Part shown: positions 1 through 7,316 of the stretch, piece after piece
How the letters are laid out: the number at the start of each line of letters is the position of its first letter
Position numbering within the stretch: position 1 is the stretch's first letter
IMG/VR virus record: IMGVR_UViG_3300022602_000027
Direction: 5' to 3' (one strand)
DNA length: 64,000 nt
Source of the DNA: a virus
Lineage: Duplodnaviria > Caudoviricetes
Program-made: the position numbers and the translations under genes
The notes under the pieces: generated by a model
What the model saw: only the letters and a program-made list of their open reading frames with translations
What the model was told of the DNA's origin: nothing
Database searches by the model: none

Positions 1-149
1 TAGTGCAAGCAGAAGCAGACGGACTTACAGATACAGTAACGGACATAGATGTAATGACCCTGGACGCTTAAGGGTTATTACAACAGGGGTTGACAAGGCT
101 CCTGTTTTCAGTTATAATACATACTTAAATTAATTAAACAGGAGCGACA

Positions 150-833
150 ATGTTCAAATTACTTTCTACAGCAAACCCCAAAATACAAAAGGGCACCAAG
201 CTGGGCTATCTCAGCTTTATCCTGCATCTTGCGCCTAGTACTTTAAGCGGCAAGAACACTTGCCCTAAGGCTACACCCGGTTGCATCGCCGCTTGCCTTA
301 ATACAGCAGGCAGAGGCGGTATGTTTAAAAAGGGCGAAACGACTAATGCTATTCAAAAGGCACGTATCCGCAAGACTAAACAGTACTTTGATGAGCGCGA
401 GCAGTTCCTAGCAGACTTAGAAGCAGATATCCGCAAGGCTATTAAATTTGCGGCCAAGCAGGGTTTGACACCCGTATTCCGTTTGAATGGTACTAGTGAC
501 TTGAGTGTAGAAAAGTGGGGCATTATTGAAAAGTTCCCTACTGTACAGTTCTATGACTACACTAAGGTCTTAGGACGTAAGGTTAGCCACTTGCCTAACT
601 ACCACCTTACATTTAGTAAGGCAGACGGCAATGACGCTGATGTTGCAGAAGCATTGTTGCAGGGCATGAGCGTGGTGGCAGTGTACGATGAAATTCCTGC
701 GGGCGTTCCTAGTGCAGACGAAACAGACTTGCGCTTTTTGGACCCTAAGGGCATTATGCTTGGCTTAAAGGCTAAGGGTCGTGCTAAGAAGGACTACAGT
801 GGATTTGTTATCCGCATTAAGGAAGTGGCGTGA
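150..833 (+). CDS. GP88-like phage protein (radical-SAM-like Cys motif)
   Basis: CPKATPGCIAAC, FRLNGTSD, FYDYTK, DETDLRFLD and GLKAKG motifs typical of the phage GP88 family; own promoter and RBS. Confidence 0.75.
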   Translation: MFKLLSTANPKIQKGTKLGYLSFILHLAPSTLSGKNTCPKATPGCIAACLNTAGRGGMFKKGETTNAIQKARIRKTKQYFDEREQFLADLEADIRKAIKFAAKQGLTPVFRLNGTSDLSVEKWGIIEKFPTVQFYDYTKVLGRKVSHLPNYHLTFSKADGNDADVAEALLQGMSVVAVYDEIPAGVPSADETDLRFLDPKGIMLGLKAKGRAKKDYSGFVIRIKEVA

Positions 834-1057
834 AGACTAACGAAGTGATACAGTGGGTAGGAACGACATTCATCTTAATGATGTATGCCATAATGAACTT
901 CTTTCCTGAGTTCTATCCCTGGAACATTGTTACAGGCCTAGCAGGGGGCATCTGCTTCTTTGCTTGGGCGTGGCGTGTGGCTAATAGACAACAAATGATA
1001 ATCAACGGTGTGGCAATAGCCCTATGCTGTCTAGGGTTATATAAGGTGTGGGGTTGA
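830..1057 (+). CDS. Small membrane protein (about 3 TM)
   Basis: Hydrophobic 75 aa; GTGA overlap with upstream stop. Confidence 0.7.
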   Translation: MKTNEVIQWVGTTFILMMYAIMNFFPEFYPWNIVTGLAGGICFFAWAWRVANRQQMIINGVAIALCCLGLYKVWG

Positions 1058-1114
1058 CAAGAGCAAGGGTTGGCACTATAATAGAGTTATTGTTAAACAA
1101 AAGGAGCGAAACTT

Positions 1115-1348
1115 ATGCGTACAATATCAACACTCAGGAATGGCAACATCTATCAGATGGACATCAAAGAAGCCATTGAGATCGTAGAAGCTTACAAACG
1201 GGCTAACGGCCATCCTGGTATGTTGGAAGCGGTAATGGAGATGGGTGACTTGGTTGCACTGGATGAACTACCCACTATCCAGAAGGTTGCTTATCGCAGG
1301 TTTATGAAGGATATGCAGGCTCTGTTCGCACCCAAAGAAGTGGCGTAA
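1115..1348 (+). CDS. Hypothetical early protein
   Basis: Promoter 1054, RBS 1103. Confidence 0.75.
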   Translation: MRTISTLRNGNIYQMDIKEAIEIVEAYKRANGHPGMLEAVMEMGDLVALDELPTIQKVAYRRFMKDMQALFAPKEVA

Positions 1349-1358
1349 ATGCAACGAT

Positions 1359-1381
1359 CAACCCTACACTCTGTAGGGTTG
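1359..1381 (+). repeat. Promoter-associated stem-loop CAACCCTAC-ACTCT-GTAGGGTTG (copy 1)
   Basis: Perfect 9-bp inverted repeat directly upstream of the -35 at 1383; related copies at 2298-2320 and 7317-7339. Confidence 0.85.
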
Positions 1382-1437
1382 GTTGACCAAAAGTAGGATC
1401 AGCAGTATAATAAACACTTAGCAACAAAGGAGCACAT

Positions 1438-1509
1438 ATGGAATGTACACATTGTCGCAAGTGGCGCTGGAATGGATTTAAGAGCTGTCCTACAGCACCA
1501 AAGTCCTAG
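1438..1509 (+). CDS. 23-aa Cys/Trp-rich micro-ORF (MECTHCRKWRWNGFKSCPTAPKS)
   Basis: Below ORF-track cutoff; own promoter (1383/1406) and AAGGAGC RBS at 1427. Confidence 0.5.
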   Translation: MECTHCRKWRWNGFKSCPTAPKS

Positions 1510-1576
1510 TAAAAAAAAAGGGTATTATAGCCCGGGGTTGACAAATGGTTAAACCGGTGCTATAATAAAGACATAG

Positions 1577-1773
1577 ACAGTTAGAAAAGCATTAAAGGTT
1601 ACCTACACCACTAGGCGCCTAGAGAGATGGAAGCGTACCGACGGGTACCTGGTATCTAGGGCATGAAGGCTTCGAGCAACGGTGGATAAGGCAGGCAGTA
1701 ATGACGAAGGCACTAGCACTATAGACGGTATAGAGCAAGTAGTCCGGAGTTCCTTTAGTTCTTCTCTAACTGT
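1577..1773 (+). ncRNA. Unknown structured ncRNA, copy A
   Basis: Starts just after promoter 1538/1561; 22-position terminal helix 1577-1598/1752-1773; internal GACG(G)-loop hairpins; homologous to 2361-2564 with compensatory changes; no RBS or ORF. Confidence 0.75.
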
Positions 1774-1776
1774 TAG

Positions 1777-1947
1777 AGTGAAGGGTACTGCCCAAAACTT
1801 GGTGAGGATTGCACGGTAATACCGTCGGTACATGGCTAACGGAGACGTTCTGTTAGTTACACCAGTCCAAAGGATGCCAAGAAGTGGAGCCCAGGGAGTA
1901 AGCAACCTGTGGGTTCCGGACAAAGGGAAGCTTCAGTACATTTCACT
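1777..1947 (+). ncRNA. Additional structured domain (copy A locus only)
   Basis: Closing helix AGTGAA..GTACTG/CAGTAC..TTCACT; hairpins ACGGT/ACCGT, TAACGGA/TCTGTTA, GGAGCCCA/TGGGTTCC. Confidence 0.5.
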
Positions 1948-1961
1948 GTAACAGTTACACA

Positions 1962-2013
1962 GGGTGTTGGCCTGAGGGCTGAACATTAAACGAGGTGCTC
2001 GCTCAGCCCGCCC
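1962..2013 (+). ncRNA. Conserved ~52-nt three-way-junction module, copy A
   Basis: GGGTG...CGCCC closing stem, TTAAAC linker; homologous to 2576-2627. Confidence 0.6.
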
Positions 2014-2085
2014 AATCTAATTTGTGGTTGACTTTTGAAACTTTTGGTGTTACAATAGTATTTTAAACAGTAAGGAGCGAAACTT

Positions 2086-2286
2086 ATGTATGATATCGTA
2101 TCAAACCCAATCCCACGCAGTGGGTTCTATGCTACACCTTCAGACTTCAAAGAGCTGACTGCTGTCGTAGAGGCACTGAGCCCACAGGAAAAGGCCTTGG
2201 TCTATCCCTACATGATGATGGCGTTGAACACTTGCAACAAGGCAGTAGAAGACAAGATTTTGAACAGAGAGATATTTTGTAGTTAA
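2086..2286 (+). CDS. Hypothetical early protein
   Basis: Promoter 2028, RBS 2074. Confidence 0.75.
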   Translation: MYDIVSNPIPRSGFYATPSDFKELTAVVEALSPQEKALVYPYMMMALNTCNKAVEDKILNREIFCS

Positions 2287-2297
2287 AAAACAACAAT

Positions 2298-2320
2298 CAA
2301 CCCTACACTCCGTAGGGTTG
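2298..2320 (+). repeat. Promoter-associated stem-loop (copy 2)
   Basis: CAACCCTAC-ACTCC-GTAGGGTTG abutting the -35 at 2322. Confidence 0.85.
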
Positions 2321-2360
2321 GTTGACAAACAAGAAGAAAGAGACTATAATAGATACATAG

Positions 2361-2564
2361 ACAGTTAGAAAAGTGTTAAAGGTTACCTAGGCGTGCTAGG
2401 TAGTATAACCCAGCGGAAGTGACGTATCTCCGACGGGAGACCGCAGTTATACTACACGAAGGCTTCGAGCAACGGCACAGCACCTAGCAGTAATGACGAA
2501 AGCACAGAACGGGAAGACGGATCCCAAGTATGTAGACTGGAGTTCCTTTAGCGTTTTTCTAACT
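2361..2564 (+). ncRNA. Unknown structured ncRNA, copy B
   Basis: After promoter 2322/2345; uninterrupted 20-bp terminal helix (3 G-U) 2363-2382/2545-2564; TAGTATAAC/GTTATACTA and TCTCC-GACG-GGAGA stems. Confidence 0.75.
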
Positions 2565-2575
2565 AGCTGGTTACA

Positions 2576-2627
2576 GGGTGCTGGCCTAAGGGCCTAGCAT
2601 TAAACGAGGAGCTTGCTCTGCCCGCCC
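2576..2627 (+). ncRNA. Conserved three-way-junction module, copy B
   Basis: Homologous to 1962-2013 with stem substitutions. Confidence 0.6.
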
Positions 2628-2638
2628 AATCGATTTAT

Positions 2639-2701
2639 GCCCGGGAATCCACGCCAAGATCGCAACTTGGGGCAGTGAGCAGGTGAAACTCCTGCGAGGG
2701 C
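2639..2701 (+). ncRNA. Small structured element with GNRA-type loops
   Basis: GCCC/GGGC closing stem, CCAAG..GCAA..CTTGG and GCAGG-TGAAACT-CCTGC hairpins. Confidence 0.4.
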
Positions 2702-2771
2702 GCCAATGGTTGACATACTGTCGAAATGACAGTATAATATGTTTTTAACGTAAACAAAAGGAGCGAACTTT

Positions 2772-3257
2772 ATGGGTACAAGAAGCATGATCGGTATTGA
2801 GAATCCTAATACTGGCGTTGTCAAAAGCATCTATTGTCACTGGGATGGCTATCTACAGCACAATGGCTCAATCCTCAACAAACATTACAGCAACAGCCCT
2901 AAGGTCAATAACTTGATCGCACTGGGTGACTTGAGCTCATTGCGAGCAGAGATTGGTGAGAAGCACAGCTTCAGCCGTTTGGACACTGATCTAAGCGATG
3001 CAGAGTGGGACAAGCTCTACGGCGATATGTGTACATTTTACACACGCGACAGAGGCGAGACTGCACCTTACAAGCGTTTTGATAATGCTAAGGCCGCAGT
3101 GGACTACTACGATGGCAGCTGGTGCGAATACTTTTACTTGTTCAAGTACGATGAGGACTTGGAAACAGGCAAGTGGTACTTCCGTACACGCGAGTCAGGA
3201 CGTTGGAAGCGTTTGAGCACAGCATTGAAGCAGTTCAAAGAAGACGAAGTAGCATAA
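2772..3257 (+). CDS. Conserved phage hypothetical protein (MGTRS...IYCHWDGY type)
   Basis: Promoter 2710, RBS 2760; motif familiar from many phage early proteins. Confidence 0.8.
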   Translation: MGTRSMIGIENPNTGVVKSIYCHWDGYLQHNGSILNKHYSNSPKVNNLIALGDLSSLRAEIGEKHSFSRLDTDLSDAEWDKLYGDMCTFYTRDRGETAPYKRFDNAKAAVDYYDGSWCEYFYLFKYDEDLETGKWYFRTRESGRWKRLSTALKQFKEDEVA

Positions 3258-3320
3258 ACCAGAGGTGGCCCCGCTGTTAAGCGTACACATAGCAGGGGGC
3301 TACTAGACTAAGGAGCGAAC

Positions 3321-3587
3321 ATGACAGGCTTTCAAAGTAAACGAGCAATGGCTAACTCCAAAGGAGCAGGTATGAAAACAGTAAGAGTTGAAACACTATT
3401 AACACAAGAGATTGAAGTTCCTGATAACTGGGAGCGTGAGGATGTGCTAGACTTCCTAGCTGAATACCAATCATTCCGTGGAGCCTTCCAGGGTGTAAGC
3501 AATGAAGAGCAGACAGCCCGCATCGTTGACTTGGGCGTAATCGAAGAAACCATTAAAGAACTAGGAGAAGAAGCATATGACGACTAA
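3321..3587 (+). CDS. Hypothetical early protein
   Basis: RBS 3312; possible second start at 3372 behind AAGGAGC. Confidence 0.7.
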   Translation: MTGFQSKRAMANSKGAGMKTVRVETLLTQEIEVPDNWEREDVLDFLAEYQSFRGAFQGVSNEEQTARIVDLGVIEETIKELGEEAYDD

Positions 3588-3786
3588 ATTGAGTGATGTA
3601 GCCTACGATATTGAACAGCTATACATTGAAGGCTACAGGCCCGTAACCATTGCATCACAGCTGGAAATTCCATTGAGTATGGTTTATGATTGGCTAGAGT
3701 CTGTTAACGTAGAAGCAGACGGCGGATTTGTAGATGTAACCAATATGAGCGATGACGATATCAAGTACATGCTCAACAGCGATTAA
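3577..3786 (+). CDS. Small acidic protein, possible HTH
   Basis: GYRPVTIASQLEIPLSMVYDWL resembles a helix-turn-helix; GGAG RBS. Confidence 0.6.
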   Translation: MTTKLSDVAYDIEQLYIEGYRPVTIASQLEIPLSMVYDWLESVNVEADGGFVDVTNMSDDDIKYMLNSD

Positions 3787-3789
3787 AAC

Positions 3790-3835
3790 ACTAGTTCGCT
3801 CCTAGTAACCCGTGGGGGGACGGGCAAATCCCCCC
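3790..3835 (+). ncRNA. Anti-RBS hairpin followed by possible H-type pseudoknot
   Basis: ACTAG-TTCGCTC-CTAGT (3790-3806); CCCGT-GGGGGG-ACGGG-CAAAT-CCCCCC (3809-3835). Confidence 0.55.
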
Positions 3836-3942
3836 AATCCTTTCTAGATATCCTTATGGATTGTAGGGTTATCTAGAAAGCGGTTGACAGCAGAGCGGTT
3901 TGAGCTTATAATTGAGTTATAGTTAAACAAAAGGAGCGATAC

Positions 3943-4209
3943 ATGAACATTAGCACACTAGAACAGTATGTGGAGAACAAGAACAAGTGGCGAGCCGTAT
4001 TCAACCAAAAGCCTTTGAGCTTGTTGAACAAGCAGGATCGCCAGGCTATCGCTGATGGCATTGACAGCGAGATGAGCCCAGAGAACCTTACCTGCGATGG
4101 CGAACTGCCTCGCTCAGTAGTTCAACTCAAAATGCGTAATCTTACTCGTTGTGCTGAGGAACTGCTCAGCATTGATCCTTCAGTAACCTTTTACGAAATG
4201 GGAGTCTAA
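3943..4209 (+). CDS. Hypothetical early protein
   Basis: Promoter 3884, RBS 3933. Confidence 0.78.
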   Translation: MNISTLEQYVENKNKWRAVFNQKPLSLLNKQDRQAIADGIDSEMSPENLTCDGELPRSVVQLKMRNLTRCAEELLSIDPSVTFYEMGV

Positions 4210-4210
4210 C

Positions 4211-4411
4211 ATGACAATGCAGATTACCTATGCAGAACTAAAAGAGTTCATTGAGACCTTAACACCCGAACAGTTGGCCCTACCTGCCATGGTCTATGCA
4301 GGTGATGTCGATGACGCCATGACAGTGTTCGGAACCTCATTCAACTCTGACGAAGAGATGGGTGAGAGCATGCCGGATATCCCAGTTGAACAACCATTTC
4401 TTTTAATCTAA
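4211..4411 (+). CDS. Hypothetical acidic protein
   Basis: Tightly coupled ORF with GGAG upstream. Confidence 0.7.
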   Translation: MTMQITYAELKEFIETLTPEQLALPAMVYAGDVDDAMTVFGTSFNSDEEMGESMPDIPVEQPFLLI

Positions 4412-4420
4412 GGAGCGAAT

Positions 4421-5002
4421 ATGCCTAATTGGTGCAATAACACAGTTCAAATCAATCACGAAGACCCTGCCAAGATGTATGACTTGGTGCTGGCGATTAA
4501 CGAGGGTAAGTTCTGCAACTACGCCAAGCCCGTGCCTAAGGATCTGCATATCGTAGCGGGTCGGGTAGGTGATGATAACAATCCAGAGCAGATTGCGCTC
4601 GTAGAAGCGGAAGAACGCAACCTAGCCACATACGGTTACAAGACTTGGTATGACTTCGCAGTAAATGAATGGGGCACCAAGTGGGATGTTGATGCTTACG
4701 ATACAGTAGAGTATGACAGTGAGCACGACAAGAACGGCGTGACATTTGGATTTGATAGTGCTTGGAGTCCCCCAACTGGCGTTTACGAAGCCCTGTTAGA
4801 GCAAGGCTTCACTGTTAAGGCTTACTACTACGAGCCTGGCATGGCGTTCTGCGGTCAGTTCGACGAAGACGGTGACGAGTGCTTTGATATTGGCGGGTTG
4901 ACTAGTGAAACAGTCAAAGACGCTATCCCAGAGGCCTTGGACGAAATGTTTGGGATTAGTGAAACGATTGCTGAATATGAGGAAGAAGAAAATGAAGACT
5001 AA
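4421..5002 (+). CDS. DUF1281/YubB ferredoxin-like domain protein
   Basis: MPNWCNN start, WGTKWD, F.SAWSPP and YYEPGMAFCG motifs. Confidence 0.8.
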   Translation: MPNWCNNTVQINHEDPAKMYDLVLAINEGKFCNYAKPVPKDLHIVAGRVGDDNNPEQIALVEAEERNLATYGYKTWYDFAVNEWGTKWDVDAYDTVEYDSEHDKNGVTFGFDSAWSPPTGVYEALLEQGFTVKAYYYEPGMAFCGQFDEDGDECFDIGGLTSETVKDAIPEALDEMFGISETIAEYEEEENED

Positions 5003-5123
5003 TAGGGAAAAGAACTTGGCACACGATGCCAAAATGCAGGATAAGATACGCCCTAAGAAAGAATGGAATTGGGAACCGTTGGCTGAAGTGATTCGCCAAT
5101 GGAAGGCTGGTGCGAATGAGTAA
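4992..5123 (+). CDS. Small hypothetical protein
   Basis: Start re-assigned to ATG 4992, overlapping the upstream gene end. Confidence 0.5.
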   Translation: MKTNREKNLAHDAKMQDKIRPKKEWNWEPLAEVIRQWKAGANE

Positions 5124-5397
5124 ACTGAATTTCTTTAGTCGGCCCTGGGTTGCCTTTGATGCGGCCAACAAGGAGCATCGTAGGATTTACAATCAGTTCA
5201 AAAGGACAATGAGTTGGGGACACAATCCCTACAGATTTATCCTGCCCAAAGACCCTGGTTTTGATTTGGTTTCGATGATTGAAAAGTCAGTACTTTCGTA
5301 CTACATGGACAAAGAGTTTGGGCTACCTTTGCCCGTAGAAACTGATCGAAAAGATGTCCAAAATGTGCAGAATTTGGTTGACAAGCAGGCAGATTGA
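5116..5397 (+). CDS. Hypothetical protein
   Basis: Overlapping start; C-terminus (LVDKQAD) is encoded by the next promoter. Confidence 0.65.
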   Translation: MSKLNFFSRPWVAFDAANKEHRRIYNQFKRTMSWGHNPYRFILPKDPGFDLVSMIEKSVLSYYMDKEFGLPLPVETDRKDVQNVQNLVDKQAD

Positions 5398-5465
5398 GTA
5401 TACAATAGACTTATGCGTTAGAGATAATGCATACATTTTTTAACAACACACACAGAGGTAACAAC

Positions 5466-5822
5466 ATGGCTACAGATAAGACTTTTAATGTTTTTGGAGT
5501 TTCTAAATTGAACGGTGAGTACAAGGTGCGCTTTGCCAATGACGTGATGCGTATTAAGGTCCTGGCTAAACACGGTCACGAGGATATTACGCTCGTTGAC
5601 TTGGAGAAGTCAGTGACTAAGTATGAGGGTATTAAGGCTATTGCCTCTATGCCTGAGTTTGCCAATGCATCAGCACAGGCGGCTATCACTGAGTACTTGG
5701 AGGAAAAGGCTCCTAAGGCTACAGCAAAACCTGCACCTAAGGCCAAGGCTACAGCGCCTAAGGCTAAGGCAGTTACACCTGCTAAGGTTGCAGTAACAGA
5801 GGACGAAGACGCTCCTTTCTAA
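5466..5822 (+). CDS. Hypothetical protein with Ala/Lys/Pro-rich tail
   Basis: Promoter 5378; AGAGGT RBS before ATG 5466; PKATAKPAPKAK repeats suggest nucleic-acid binding. Confidence 0.75.
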   Translation: MATDKTFNVFGVSKLNGEYKVRFANDVMRIKVLAKHGHEDITLVDLEKSVTKYEGIKAIASMPEFANASAQAAITEYLEEKAPKATAKPAPKAKATAPKAKAVTPAKVAVTEDEDAPF

Positions 5823-5826
5823 GCCT

Positions 5827-6009
5827 ATGTTCCTACAGTACGAAGTATGGGCTATCACCGACCAGCATGAAGAGCTGGTCGAGTGTGTACCTACCCTAAA
5901 GGAAGCAGAAGAGATAGCAGAGAACGAACGTGAATTTTGCGATGAGGTTTACATCGTAGAAGACGCAGATGGGGACTTGAAAGAGATTAGACGATTCCAG
6001 GGCCTATAG
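5827..6009 (+). CDS. Small acidic hypothetical protein
   Basis: 60 aa ORF whose TAG stop lies inside the tRNA 5' end. Confidence 0.6.
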   Translation: MFLQYEVWAITDQHEELVECVPTLKEAEEIAENEREFCDEVYIVEDADGDLKEIRRFQGL

Positions 6010-6076
6010 CTCAGTTGGTTAGAGCAGAGGACTCATAATCCTTTGGTCCCTGGTTCGAGTCCAGGTGGGCCCACCA
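6000..6076 (+). tRNA. tRNA-Ile2 (CAT anticodon, lysidine type; Met less likely)
   Basis: Acceptor GGGCCTA/TGGGCCC + ACCA, D arm GCTC/GAGC, anticodon arm GAGGA-CTCATAA-TCCTT, GGTTCGAGTCC T arm; pattern resembles enterobacterial ileX. Confidence 0.9.
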
Positions 6077-6080
6077 ATTA

Positions 6081-6110
6081 GAAGAGTGTTGTTTTCGCGC
6101 AACACTCTTC
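6081..6110 (+). terminator. Hairpin after tRNA
   Basis: 11-bp stem GAAGAGTGTTG/CAACACTCTTC. Confidence 0.6.
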
Positions 6111-6200
6111 TCTCACGAATAACCCTACAAAAAATAAGTTATTGACACTGGGTCCAAAATGCTGTATAATACATACTTACAAAGCAAAAAGGAGCGCACA

Positions 6201-6473
6201 ATGTTAACAGCAAAGCAAAGCATCTACGCACAAGTAGCAAAAGCAAAGTTAATTTTTAATAAAAAACTTAAGACATACAAATTAGTTTGTGCTTTTAATG
6301 TTTACGAGACAAAAAAGCAGTTTAACAATGTAGTTTATAAATTTCCTGTACAAGCAAAATGCGACTATGTTAGCGGGGACTTACTTGCTACTAATTTAGC
6401 GCAAGACTTAACTGTTGCGCTTAATAGTGCTAAAAAAGTTATGCGTACAGACAACATTGTAATAGTAGAGTAA
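6201..6473 (+). CDS. Basic hypothetical protein (TC/CC-depleted)
   Basis: Promoter 6142, RBS 6191; start re-assigned to 6201. Confidence 0.72.
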   Translation: MLTAKQSIYAQVAKAKLIFNKKLKTYKLVCAFNVYETKKQFNNVVYKFPVQAKCDYVSGDLLATNLAQDLTVALNSAKKVMRTDNIVIVE

Positions 6474-6551
6474 TTTAGTAAACTAATACATAGCGCACTT
6501 GACATTTTGGAAAACGTGTGTTATACTACACGTACACTAAAAGGAGCATGT

Positions 6552-6752
6552 ATGCAAAAGCGTTTTGTAGTTGTAGCACAGGAATTGTACGTAAATGAAG
6601 CTGGAGAAAATACTAGCTATAACGGACATACGGCAATGAACTATTACATAGAGGACACTAAGACAGGCGAGGTGCGCTTGCTAGACGAGTGTATACTGTG
6701 TGACATGGAAGTGTTTACTAAACGCGATTTTAACGCATTGGAGGTAGTATAA
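6552..6752 (+). CDS. Hypothetical protein (TC/CC-free, no Pro)
   Basis: Promoter 6499, RBS 6543; start re-assigned to 6552. Confidence 0.72.
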   Translation: MQKRFVVVAQELYVNEAGENTSYNGHTAMNYYIEDTKTGEVRLLDECILCDMEVFTKRDFNALEVV

Positions 6753-6753
6753 T

Positions 6754-6945
6754 ATGACAAGCAATTACGCAAAAGCGTTTGAACTACGCAAAGCAATTAA
6801 ACTACTAAACGAAGCAGACGCTATTGTACAAGCGGCACTAGGGGCTAGCGACAACTGCTACGAAGTGCATTGTGCGCTAGAGGACTTAGAAAGTACACTA
6901 GAGGACTATGCGGACAATTTGATTGAAATGCAAATAACTGAATAA
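6754..6945 (+). CDS. Helical hypothetical protein (TC/CC-free, no Pro)
   Basis: GGAGG RBS; coupled to upstream stop. Confidence 0.72.
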   Translation: MTSNYAKAFELRKAIKLLNEADAIVQAALGASDNCYEVHCALEDLESTLEDYADNLIEMQITE

Positions 6946-6954
6946 GGAGCGAAC

Positions 6955-7302
6955 ATGCAGACAACAGGCAACAAACTAACAATTAAAAACATTACACAAG
7001 AAGACGACAGCTTAACTACGCACTACACATGCAATGAGCGAGTGGTGCTGGCTGGAGACAGTATTTGGGACTGTACACTAACAGAAGTTACAGTTACGGA
7101 CATTGTGGTACATGCTTATGAAGACTACAAAATGGTTAACGTATACTACGACGTTGACGGCGTAGAGGGTACTGAAGTTGAAGACAGCTGGCGCATGTAC
7201 ACAGACAGTGGCATGGAGGAAGCTATTAGCGTATTGTTGGGAGACAGCATTAGCTTTACAGAGCAGGGAATGCAAGAGGACGGCATAGCTAGCATGGAGT
7301 AG
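6955..7302 (+). CDS. Acidic hypothetical protein (TC/CC-free, no Pro)
   Basis: RBS 6946. Confidence 0.78.
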   Translation: MQTTGNKLTIKNITQEDDSLTTHYTCNERVVLAGDSIWDCTLTEVTVTDIVVHAYEDYKMVNVYYDVDGVEGTEVEDSWRMYTDSGMEEAISVLLGDSISFTEQGMQEDGIASME

Positions 7303-7316
7303 CATAAAAACAACAA

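Noticed and set aside
1603-1923. 106-aa - strand ORF
   Set aside because: Shadow ORF antisense to the promoter-driven ncRNA locus; no RBS or promoter.
1577-2627. Twister, hammerhead, pistol, 6S or RNase P identity of the ncRNAs
   Set aside because: Only isolated words match (GGUUAC, GUAAUG, AUUAAAC, ACAGAAC). The required cores (CUGANGA/GAAA, twister pseudoknots, pistol pseudoknot in copy B, GGAAAGUCC) are missing.
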